DNA from: Phoronis australis
Lineage: Eukaryota > Animalia > Phoronida
NCBI GenBank assembly: GCA_002633005.1
Contig: NMRA01000492.1
Location: forward strand, 1 to 64,000
Length of the DNA: 64,000 bases
Direction of reading: 5' to 3'
Shown: one piece after another, positions 1 through 11,900 of the stretch
Numbering within the stretch: the first letter of the stretch is position 1
Layout: each line of letters opens with the position of its first letter
Made by a program: the position numbers and the translations under genes
The notes under the pieces: generated by a model
The model's database searches: none
What the model saw: the letters and a program-made list of their open reading frames with translations, nothing else
What the model was told of the DNA's origin: nothing

Positions 1-179
1 ACAATACTTCTCATATTGAAAGACGCTAAAATAACAAAACTTGTCAACACGAAGTAACAGCATTCAACTAAAACACCGATTCCAATATCGCACACCACGT
101 TGTACAGGTACGTATACTCCAAAACCTACTACACGATAAAAGTTAGTCATACATTGTATGGCTCTTAACACGTCCCGCC

Positions 180-2760
180 GTTATGAAGTCCACACCTGGG
201 CTGATCATCAGACATGATAACCCTCGAGTTGAAGGGCTTCTGCAAGCTGATACTGGCATTAGGTGTAACACACTGCGAAGTTTCGACAATTGTTTGACAC
301 CAGGTAGTGTGCATCAAAGGTTCTTCAACAGGAGTAACATGTCAAGCTTCCTACCTACGCATGTACATGTACATGTACGGGTCTAAAATGTCACCCGTCT
401 AATGCCCGAAGCACACGGTCACCATAAGCAGAAATTCTACGTTGATGTCCCTGGCCCGCCGTATTGGGTTTACTCGTATGTGAAATGTTACGTATTGTTA
501 CATCGAGAGTCGATTCCCTCAGCGTAGGCAGTCATCATCGAACAAAGAGCAAAGCTTGACACATGATGCTGACACTGCCTAACACCATTTTGAGTCACCC
601 CGTGATGCTAAGGTCAAATCAGTCAAAAAACTGAAAGAATGGTTTCCCAACTATTTGACACAATTAAAAACTGTTTCGGTAAAGCGGGTTACACCTTGGT
701 GTCGATGCAACACCTGATATTTACCAGCCCTGCATTATTTCCATCAGTCTCCTAAGGAAGTTGAACTAGAAGCTCGCAAAGACGGAGGAAACGGGATTGC
801 CAGAATTGTGCCACGTCATATCGCTTAGTGTTTGTCCGTAACGTAAGTTGTGAAGAACGGTCACAGTCTCCGTGCCAATTTAGATCTCAGCAAGTTAAAC
901 CCAACACTTAAACGATGTCCCAAAATATAACAACAGTCGACGAGATGACCTCGACGATAGCAAAAGCAAAGTTGGATGGAAACATCGGATGCTGGTGTGT
1001 GAAACACACGGGCCTTCGCAAGAACTCGCCCTTTTTCGAACCACATTCGAAAGACACTGCTTCAAGGTTCTGCTTTTGGCATGTCTGTGATTCGAGACAT
1101 ATTTCAAAGCCGTGTGCATTTTATCCTAGAACAGTATGAGGGATGCGTTGATACAGTATTAGTGACGATCTCGCTATATGTGATGAATCCAAAGTACACC
1201 AGGACGCAAGTCTGATACAGCTTTTTTTACAACTATTCGCAAAGAAGGCTTAAGGACCAACTCCAGCAAATGCATAATCAAGAAAAAACAATACCATTTT
1301 AACAGTCTCCACCGAAGAGGTTGTCTTTCCTAATCCTGCCAAGGTAGAAGACAAACACCACAGGATGATAAAAACATCCAACTCTCCCTTGGCGTAGTGA
1401 TTTCACTGCCTTCTCAGCTCCATACGTTCTCAAAAATCGCGTCAGTCCTAAGGGATTTGCTCAAAATAAAACTTCATTTGAATTCAGTGAAGACTATCAG
1501 CAAGTTTTATAGTAGGTAAAAGACCGGGTAACTAAAACAACACAACTGAGCTACAACGACCTACCATGTCCGTCAACGATACAAGTGGATGCATCCCGCA
1601 GGTGCTTCGGGGCATTTCTGATATAAAAGAGCAGTCGGTAGCTTTCGCTCGCAAGGCTTTCGCGACAGTGCAGGCCAACTATAGAAACATATAGCGTGAA
1701 AGCTTGTCTTTGATAAACGAAGTTCAGCGATTCAGACATTGCCTGTATGACAGACACTCCACACTTATGACAGATCAAAAGCCCTTGGAAATTATGTAGC
1801 AAACTTCTACACCGCGACTATAGTGGAAGATAGTCAAAGTACAGTCTTACAACTTCGTTGTCATTGTTTGCCCAGGGAAAGAGATGATATTGACATGTGC
1901 CATCTCGAGATTACCCAATGACAAACGCACAGAGGTTGACTTTGATAGTTTAATAGCAAAGGATGCTATGAACGTTGCCGTCGACCTTATAAACTTTTCA
2001 AGCACTGTCAACCAATGAACTTATGGTAATGCACGAGCGCCCCGGTGCGTCCTGAATAAAACTTGAGATTGGTCTGATTGAAGTCAGTCATCGTCAAAAC
2101 TTGTTCATTCCAATCTACTTCAGCCGCTACTTCTTGTGAAAAAGCTTTCCTTCCGATCGAGCGAGACTGTCGTTAAGGCAATGAAAGAAGTGTTGAGCAT
2201 GCTAAAGCTACCAAGAGTAAATGGTTCGAATAATGACCATCAATTCCTAGAATATTAAGTTTGATCAGTTCTGCCTGAACTGGGACGTCACACACTCAAC
2301 CCCAAGTCCTATATACCCCCAATCCAATGAATTAATAGAAAGACAAATCGTTTATATCAAACCGATTATGACCAATGTTTGGGAGAAAGAATAGATGTGT
2401 ATCAGGTGTTGCTTAGTGTCCTCACCACTACTTTCCCAAGTCCTGCTGAACTGATGTTTTGAAGACAGATGGGTCGCGATAAACCAAGCTGCTCTGAACT
2501 GGCATTGGGGGCGTATCGAGATCGCGTTAGAAAAGAACAAACTGAAATACTATGCAGAAAGAAACACACGGCACCTGTCTCTGTAGTCACGGGGACAATT
2601 GATTTGAATCGTGAAAGCAAGCAGTGGTTTCCAGTCAAAATATTTTCTAGTCACGACAGCCGCTCCTACTTATTTCACACCGAAGTTGGTCGAGACACAC
2701 GACGCAACTAAAGTCACGTGCGACCCATCCCCAGTTTTGATGAAGATGTAACGGATGGTA
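180..2760 (+). mobile_element. Decayed Ty3/gypsy-type LTR retrotransposon pol (RT, RNase H, integrase fragments)
   Basis: Frame-broken motifs in RT-RH-IN order: SDDLAI (~1161), QVDASRR (~1582), PVAF-like and TDQKPL (~1770), SPIYPQSNELIER (~2310), TRRN (~2700). Boundaries approximate; no LTRs recognised. Confidence 0.75.
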
Positions 2761-5700
2761 TGACGCAGTGTCTACGGTAAACGAGTCCGTCAGCAAACGT
2801 ACGAACGAAACTTCTGTCATAACCAGAGGTACTGACAGTGAAAATATACGGGGGAGGACTGGTGGGCTCGAAGGTAGGATCTGCTCTAGACATGTACCAA
2901 GTCAACTTCAGACTTTACGAATTATAGTTAATTGCTAACTTTCACAGTTTTCAGCATCAGATATGATTAGGGCGGTACTTATTTGTTGATAATAAATAGA
3001 AACAGATGCACATGTAGTGTTATTAACATAGTCACAGGTAGAGCCATATTTCGTTTGCCATTTTGGATTCGTGAGTTCAGTAAGTTACTAATTAAAATAT
3101 ACGTTAAGTTCATACAACTGTCTTCATCGCATTGCAACTTCCTGCAGAACTTGGCACATTAGTCTCTGACCCAGCGTTCGTAATACCCAATCTGTTATTA
3201 ACAAATGAATAACAATGTCCATTGCGTAACATTGTCTAATGTCACGTCAATTGGGATGAAGACAGCACATACCAAAGGAGAATATCACTGTGTAGAAATC
3301 CATCAAATGAATGTTCAATTGCTCTGCTTATTTTCTGCCCACGTTGTATACCGCATTTGTCGTAATAGCTAAAGAACCCCTAAGCTATTGCCCAACTATT
3401 TTAGTCTTTCATTAAAAGAACAGACACCATAAAGTATCGAGTAATTTGACAGCAAAAGTCTGTAGCAAGATTCTCGACAACAGTTTAGGTACATGTACAC
3501 ATGTATCACTTCACGACCTCTCAGAAGATTCGAAAATTACCGACACTTTGCCAATTTTGTACTGGTTTTGCCTCTACTATTAACAAGTGTAATTTTTAAA
3601 AGCTAACCTGCAACAATTATCCAAAATATGTGTAGGTACGTCTTTGGAAATAAGACTTCTGCCATACTAGCTCAGTTTCTGTTGGCAACTTCTTTTGGAA
3701 ACGTGCGTGTGACATCACTGACAAAAGTTGCGTCAGGAATGCCTTCACATATTGGCTGCTCATAAAATAGCATAAGCCTCAACGGTTTGCTCGCAACCTG
3801 TTGACCACATCATTTGACATAATGAACGTAAGGCTGAAGATTTCTGCCTCCGACCGGGACTTGAAACTTTCACCTTCTGCTAACTGTGCAGAAGCTCTGG
3901 CCACTGAGTTATCTGGACCAAATTTCACTATTGTCAAGATACAAGGATTCAGAACTGTTTTCTACCCTTGTAATTGTCTTCTTGGTCGTATGAACTGTCA
4001 GTCTTCAACGATAGCCGACACACCAGTTGAAAATCTAAAACCAAGGTATTCATAACCTGCTACATGTACGACTTTGAGCTGCTTCAGAGACCATGATAGA
4101 GTTTAACTGTTAACAGAATAATTGCAGTGGCTAAACATGCTGTCAATGCAATTTAATTTAGACGACTTGCCGGTATACAATGTAACATTAATCACCGCTT
4201 GTCCATTATTCAGAGAAGAAATAATTTGGGATTGCCAAATGCTGGCAGTTCGTTCAGTGGCGGATCTACGTTTTCAGCAAGGGGGGTTATGATTCCCGCC
4301 AAGGTCGAATCCTAGGNGGGGGCTTCCCCTCCCGTGTAAGATATTTTTTTGTTTCTGTAGCCAAATAGTGAAATTTCCATGCATCCTGGTAAGTTTCTGG
4401 CACTTAACGTGTCTCTGGAGTTTTTCTTAAGATAATTGAAAACCCTTCTCGTCACATGAACTTGGCTCATACGTTTCGTGAAACCATATTGTGCACATCT
4501 GGGTATGAGTCACGCTTCCAGCAAAAAAATTTGTTGGAACATCTGCTTACACACACCCTTTTTAGCATACGAAAAGTCGTACACGAAAAAGTGTGGTGTG
4601 TACATGTATACAGGGGCTTAGACAATTTCCAAATATTCAACAGCATAATTAAGGAGCACCGACGGGGCGTAAAAACTTGAATATCAGATGATCGCGTAAC
4701 AGCAGCCTCAAGTTGTTTAAAGGCGAAGGCAACCTTTTTCCATGTCATTTTGAGCTAAAATACAGCCTGTAAGGTTGGTTGGTTATCCTAGACATATTTT
4801 CCAATTAATTACAGCTTTTCGTAATTTTATTAATTACTCGTCCGCTACTCCAGAAGTGACGTTTTAGGAGGCAAGCATTTCGCGCCATTTTCTTTTCATA
4901 TAGTCTGACTGAGAGCTGCCGAGTCAGTCATTGTTCTACCTCAGTTGTGTTAAGTTCCGTCGTCGTTTGCTTTCATTTACTAGTCAGTTAACATGCCACA
5001 CTGTTGCTGCATACCAGGATCGATGTGCTAATTATCGGCTCACGCGCGCTTTGGGAGTACCTTTGCATCGCTTTCCGATGGATGACACACTTCTACATGT
5101 TTTTGGAATTTTGATATCAGTGAACCGAATTTTAGAACAAGTTTTGCTGAGATGTGTTCATCATCTAATGGGAGATGTTGAAAACATTTTGGAAGTGGCG
5201 CATGTCACAATGAACTTTTTTCAAAACGACGATATACGTTTTTTTCGTTAAAAAGGCAGAGAATTACGCAAGAAGATGTCGTCGGATGTTTCTCACTTAA
5301 ACGGCCGTAACGGGCATCTTGAATGCCAATTGACTTCCAGATTTTGCATGCACACCCGCCAGTCTTGAGCTCATGTTGATACAAGCTTTTCGACGAGGTG
5401 ACAAACGTAACTATCCGGGCTGTGTGAAGTATCGAGGTCTGTTTGGTCTCAATAAGCAGTGGCACCTCGCTGTATTTTGAAAAAAGTCTTCATGCAACTA
5501 GCTGGCTACATAGGAAGGCTCTAGTTTCGAAAAGATGTTTTACTGCGAAAGTGACAACAATTTCTGAATGATGATGGATGATGGATGACACTATAAACCG
5601 ATCAGTCTTCCGTTTTCATGCGCCCATGATTTAATATCGGCGCTATGTTCAAACCATTGTTTATGTTGTTTCTAAAATAAAATTGGGTTCTATTGCTGTA

Positions 5701-6199
5701 CCAACATATTAAGACATTATACAGAAATACACATGTAAGCAATAATTATCTGTAGTAAATCGCAATATACAGCGTGATGAAGTGATCATCAAGAGCAATA
5801 ACGGATGAGCGCAAATGCGTGATGCTTGTTGAGCATTCCTCTGCATGAAAACACTTGAGGTAGTAAAATATCAAGTGTTGTATTCTGATTTTTATGCAAT
5901 TTTACTGTAAATTTCAAATTTCGTGCTTGTTTTTCTGCAAAATGTACTGTATAAAAAGTCTCATATCTAAATTTAGAAATTATACTTCCGCGATATCACT
6001 TAACGTTTGATTTTACCACGCCGTCGTTAATGCAACATAATGTTGTAGGCTGGTGTAATGACACGCACTTCGTATTCGTAGGTTGACTCGATTTTATTTC
6101 CTTTCAATAGTTGAACAAAAGTTTATAAACCGATGTCAAGACCTGAGTTGCCAGTGGTGAACGAACAGCGAACAGTAAAATGTTTGTTTGGCTAAAGTT

Positions 6200-6810
6200 C
6201 ACTCGTTAAGTCATAAAATGGTAATTGCCGACCAAGGACACGCTTAATCCGAATTGGTCGTCTACGCTAGGCGACCACTTACCCGACCCAAGTGCCGACC
6301 ACAGAGGCGACTCAGTAGACGGCTCCTAGCCGACCGTTGTTGGTCGGCTGCTGGTCGGCTAGACGACCGGTCGACGGCCGGTCGTCGACCAATTTCCGAC
6401 CGGTCTGCCAAAAATTCGTGATGTGTGCTGTATTACCAGGATTATGACGGACGGCTTAATTGACCAATCAGAACGCAGCATTCTTGGCACACCTTCGTCT
6501 GCGTTTCCAAGCCGCCATTTTACCCGACAAACCACACGCAGTCGAGTAAAACTTACTTTAGTCTATAGCTCAAGAAGTTGTCCGCTAAGAATGGGGAAAC
6601 GATGTTGATATGACGTGTGTGGCACCGACAGTCGTTATGCTGCTCCAGAATAATATCCCGTCATTTTTGGCATGTCCTAAGCCGAAAAATGATGTTGAAA
6701 AGCGTGAACTATGGATCTAACTGTACGGCCAAACGAGCAGCTGAACTTTGCGATGTTGCTTGCTAACTCGAAGGCTATAATAAACACAAATATATTAGTT
6801 CCAAGATACG
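6200..6810 (+). mobile_element. THAP-domain DNA transposon remnant preceded by GC-rich CCGACC/GGTCGG subterminal repeats
   Basis: From 6591: MGKRC*YDVCGTDSRY...PKPKNDVEKRELWI*LYG...QLN...KHKYISSK, a decayed C2CH THAP pattern; palindromic repeat cluster at 6225-6405. Confidence 0.6.
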
Positions 6811-7514
6811 CACTTTTCAGCTTGATAGCTATGGTGCAGGGCTATCTCAGATTTTGACTCCTGAGTTGGCTACGTCTGGCCGCCTTTGTCTCGGCACCTG
6901 CTGGATCTCAGCACTCTACTCGGTAGTCCCCGGAAACTGTTGTTTTCAAGGACATTTTATGTTTTTTATTTATTTCAACCTAATGGACATTATTTTGTTT
7001 CGTATCAGAGGTACAGTTTTGTTATTCACAAACCGTTAGCTGGCGTTCAACTGAACTCTCCCGGTCAAAATTCAGAGATTCGATCGGCACAGGGAATGGC
7101 ACTGGATTACTGCCGCAACTCAAGGCCTTGGTCGAGCTGTTGTCACTAAAAATAAACTGTTGAATTACTTTTTGACGTGTACCTCTAGTATACAATATGT
7201 CTGTAGAGTTAGAGAGAGCTCATTTTGGAGTGGTTCAAACATGATATTTAGATTTATGAAGCTTTAAAAAAGAATTTGTTATTTTTGTAAATACCTTATT
7301 TTTGCAACTACCGCACCAGACTTGTAATCTTTTGTAACCATACCACGACTTAGTGATCCATGCTACCTTCAAAATTAAATGAAAGCTACCTTTATGGAAT
7401 GAAACTACAAAAAATGCCAAGTTGATAAGAAGTTAGGCCTAATTTAAATGTCTTAATGGTGCAAACGGACAATTCAATAGGCGGATTTAGGGGGGGAGGG
7501 CAAGGGCCCCGCCC

Positions 7515-8082
7515 NNNNNNNNNNNNNNNNNNNNNNNNNNNNNNNNNNNNNNNNNNNNNNNNNNNNNNNNNNNNNNNNNNNNNNNNNNNNNNNNNNNNNN
7601 NNNNNNNNNNNNNNNNNNNNNNNNNNNNNNNNNNNNNNNNNNNNNNNNNNNNNNNNNNNNNNNNNNNNNNNNNNNNNNNNNNNNNNNNNNNNNNNNNNNN
7701 NNNNNNNNNNNNNNNNNNNNNNNNNNNNNNNNNNNNNNNNNNNNNNNNNNNNNNNNNNNNNNNNNNNNNNNNNNNNNNNNNNNNNNNNNNNNNNNNNNNN
7801 NNNNNNNNNNNNNNNNNNNNNNNNNNNNNNNNNNNNNNNNNNNNNNNNNNNNNNNNNNNNNNNNNNNNNNNNNNNNNNNNNNNNNNNNNNNNNNNNNNNN
7901 NNNNNNNNNNNNNNNNNNNNNNNNNNNNNNNNNNNNNNNNNNNNNNNNNNNNNNNNNNNNNNNNNNNNNNNNNNNNNNNNNNNNNNNNNNNNNNNNNNNN
8001 NNNNNNNNNNNNNNNNNNNNNNNNNNNNNNNNNNNNNNNNNNNNNNNNNNNNNNNNNNNNNNNNNNNNNNNNNNNNNNNNNN
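7515..8082. other. Assembly gap (run of N)
   Basis: 568 N bases; preceded by a G-rich MITE-like end (ATAGGCGGATTTAGGGGGG). Confidence 1.
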
Positions 8083-8760
8083 CGCGTGTCCCNTAAATAG
8101 GCGATTGCACCGCCTCACTAAACAGGCATTCCCTATGAAAGCGTACTGAATGAAAAAGACACGTGACAAACGTTTAAACAGCTTTGCACAGATGTCTTAG
8201 TATTACGTGCAAACACCAGCATGGGTTTCGAGAACGGGCCGTGGTATATTCAGACACGTAATGGCAAAACTTTCTAGTTGTTTTCCTAGACTTATCGCGA
8301 ACCTGAAAGCTATTTCAGTCCAAACTCAACTATTTTGACGGAAGACGAAACAGGAATCTTTCCATGTAAATGCCGCACATCAAATCGGCAATAACACATT
8401 ACTTTCTAAAACCAATTAATTGGGAAAAGGTTGGGGGAAGTGCGTGACCGACGGAAGCAAACGCAAATTTTGAAAAGCACCGTTGGATTTTAGAATGTGG
8501 ACAGTTGTTTTGGTTCGCCAAAGTAGCTCGACAAATGTATCAGACAGGAACATGTTCAAATTACTAGTGGCAGGCAGTGATATTGCTAATGTGGGACACT
8601 AATTGTCTCCACATTCTTCCACCCTGGCAGCACGAGACCAGATATACCTAGACTGACAGTGTTTGAGAATTGTCGGTTTTAAAATTTCTGAGGGAGTCTT
8701 TCAAGTACAGATCCAAAAGGAGTCTCCGAATTAAAGATTCGAACTGACGCAAAAACTTAC

Positions 8761-8934
8761 ATGAAGAGCACGTTCAAGAAGCACATTATAGTCAGAGCCA
8801 CTCCAATGTCTCCGAATGAAAAGAACGGCTCGAAGGTGAACCAAATCGTGCACGTGATTATCATCAATAGACTCAGGAACAGTTTGGTATACTCAAGCGC
8901 CTTACACAGTAGTCCGGTCGGCAATATCGACAGC
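8761..8934 (-). CDS. CNGK: Probable channel exon: S1-S2 of a third module C (LSILPTGLLCKALEYTKLFLSLLMIITCTIWFTFEPFFSFGDIGVALTIMCFLNVLF)
   Basis: ttgcag acceptor, AT|gtaagt donor; pre-S1 I.P motif followed by two hydrophobic helices. A phase 1-to-2 linking exon from 11828 was not identified. Confidence 0.68.
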
Positions 8935-11900
8935 CTGCAAGCATTTTGCACAAGCATACACTGTATGAATTATCAACGTCATATTTGTAAGCTTAACCTT
9001 GCAATTTCGAAAGCCATGGAAGTCTAAGCTTTCAAGCTTATAGAAGAGAGTTCTCAGCTGATGCTACTAAAGTTGGGCCCTTGAACACCACACTGCAAAG
9101 CAACGAACTCAATTAAAAACTGTCCAATCAGATCGCGTAATGTACTAAAGTTCGCTCGAAGCTTGTAGCTCGATTGGCCAATATTGGATAATGGTGGCAT
9201 CGATGGACAACATGGCTGACATATAGGAACCGTTCATGAACTGACGCACAGATAACTCAGGTCACTGAAATAGACAAAAATGGTCGATTATGTTCTGATT
9301 TCGACTGAGGTAAAATTGTGTTCAAAAGCACTTTTCGTGTGATAACAGAAAAGAAGAAAACCTTGCAGCTTGTTCCATAGTATATATTTTGAATTGTTTG
9401 AACTAAAATAATTATTGTAAATGCAGTAAAGAAACAACTTACGGCATTAGCAAACAAGCAAAAGCTTTGCCAACGACATGAAGGTTCTTGTAGGGGTCAA
9501 GATAATCGTGGTTTTTTTCTCCATTTGGCAGAATTGGCTTGAATTTACAAAACATTCCCCTGTATGTTTTGCTTGCACGTCCATCTGAAAGTTGCCCGAA
9601 TTAATTACAAATACGTATACATGCATCTGTTGATCTCCAAATGCATAAGCTTTGGAGCAGACAATGTGCACCGCTTACCGTGAATACAAGGGTATTTACC
9701 TTCGATCGCATAACTGGACGTCCCAACATCAAAGCGCGGAACTAATATGTGCTCATCTAAGCAAACGGGAAAGTCAAAACTGACTCTGTGTTAAAGCTGC
9801 TTTTCAAAAGTACTACTGCGGCCTAATATCGCATGACTGAAGCAGCTGGACACATTGAATGGCAAATGCTCAGTGTACAATCGATTTCCAAAGTCAAAGA
9901 ACTTGAACGTGTCGTTGTCGAAAGCCACCAGCGAGTGTCACGTCAAGTCTTTTTTCCAGCCTAGAAAGGCTGACCTAGGCGTATAGACCCAATTCACGCG
10001 GCGGACATTAAAATCCAAAGCGAGGCAAACTGCGATAAACAAAACGGAAGTTGACATTGCGTGAGTTAAATAGCCGGACTTTCGAGTCTAACCTGGATAT
10101 TAAATTTTAATAATGACAATTAACCACAGAGACGTAGAAACTTACATTAGAGAACAAGTTAAGGCGCCAAAGAGTTGTTTGACGAAAGGGTTTTAATTTT
10201 TTCGGAAAACTAGGTTTGAAACATGAAAAGTAAATATGACCAAATTGCGGCAATCGTAGTGTTACGGATTAGGTATTATGCTGAATGCAGGGTTACGTTT
10301 TTTCTTGTAAATTGTTGATCAAAATACTTTCTACGCGAACCTGGTAATCTGCGCGTATTGTTGACCAGTTGAAGACATATACGACAGTGGTGGCTGTCAT
10401 GTGCAATTAGTCACATCTGGTTTAATTAGTTGATCAAGAATATTAACATCAAGCATAGCCTGATCCTATGCACTCACTGGGACTAACAGTTGATTTGTCA
10501 TTGATCTGAAAGAATAATCGATGTTATTTTAAATAAAATTTCTATTGAAATAAAAACCAGGCTCGTAATTGGAAATGTAAATTATTTGACCATCAACTCT
10601 GCTTTCTTGGTTGTAATAATTCTTACGTCTAGATTTCAAATATCAAACTGGACCAAGTTGAATTTTAAAATTAAAACACCTAATTCGTTCGTCCAAAGCA
10701 TAACCTCGTTTTAGAACTCAAATTTCAGTTAACTGGACAAAGCAATCATAGTTATCATGTTTCTCCAGGAGCCTCGTTCATCCAGTGGAGGCGATTTTTT
10801 CGCCGAGTGAGCTAGGTGAACAATCTACCTCCCGATAACCATCAATAGCACCCCCGCCCTGTTGCAAGCTCTCATAGGCTCAGTCTAAATTTAAAGTAGC
10901 CTTTTGCTGCGTTCTGGTTTGTCAGTTAAGCCGTCAATCAAAGTCAATCAAAACTATACTAATCCAGCCACTCTGGTAGTGTCAAGTTCTGTTTCTCCTG
11001 CGGATTGGTGCAGACAACAGTGTACATGGACAAAGCAGTGTCACCAGGGCATTTCTACTGACATAATGCACTAATGAATACCGGTGGCACCCTGTAATTT
11101 AAAGACCACGTCCCTGCTCTTCCTTAGAGGTCACGTAGCTGGGATTACCAGAAACTGAACCTGCTATAAACCCAGCTTACGTCAAAAAGCAACTCACAGC
11201 TTGGATTACTTGATATTTTCAAGGCTATTATTGTAAGTCAGTAAGTAGGATTACGCCACGGATAAACGTCCCCGGGGCACGACGAGGTAATGATTATCCT
11301 GTTCATTGAAAGAAATCCTCTCAAGTTGAAACTCGTTTCAATTTTGTCGGCACCTGTGTTCATTGCAAAGTGCACTAATTTTGCCACTCACTTCAGCCTC
11401 CCTCCCCCGTCAACAATTACGCGTTTGCCCACCCCTTCCCCCCACCGCAACCTACACCGTAAAGATCAACCAAGACTTCGCTAGATACTGCCCCTGCATT
11501 ATATGCAAGACAGTGTAGAGTTCAGTAACGCTAGGACAAGATTCCCTAGAGTTAAGTGGAAACGTTTGTAGTCTTTACACCGACTTTCCCAAACCACATG
11601 GGTAGATCTTACAACCGATGCAGAAGAACTGGATACCTGGCTTTTCCGCGCACGTATATGTGTTCGCTGCTTCACGTCAGAACGCAACTGGCGCGAGCAT
11701 AATCAGAAAAAAACAGAACCTTCCCAGGCCGTACATCGCAGATCACACACCGGATCAAAGGGGGTTTTAGTATCCTAGTCCTATAGCACGAATAATTTAA
11801 CATATGACACAAACCAACACTGCCTACCCGACGTTTCGTTGAGCATCGCATGTCGTCTCTTCATGCACTGGTGATGATTAACGCTCTTGCTCAAAGCTTC

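Noticed and set aside
4930-5560. Possible integrase-like (Ginger/gypsy) remnant on the minus strand
   Set aside because: Only vague motif resemblance (WKSIGI); cannot be supported without a search.
7456-8169. Long ORFs of 207-231 aa
   Set aside because: They span the N gap and are artefacts.
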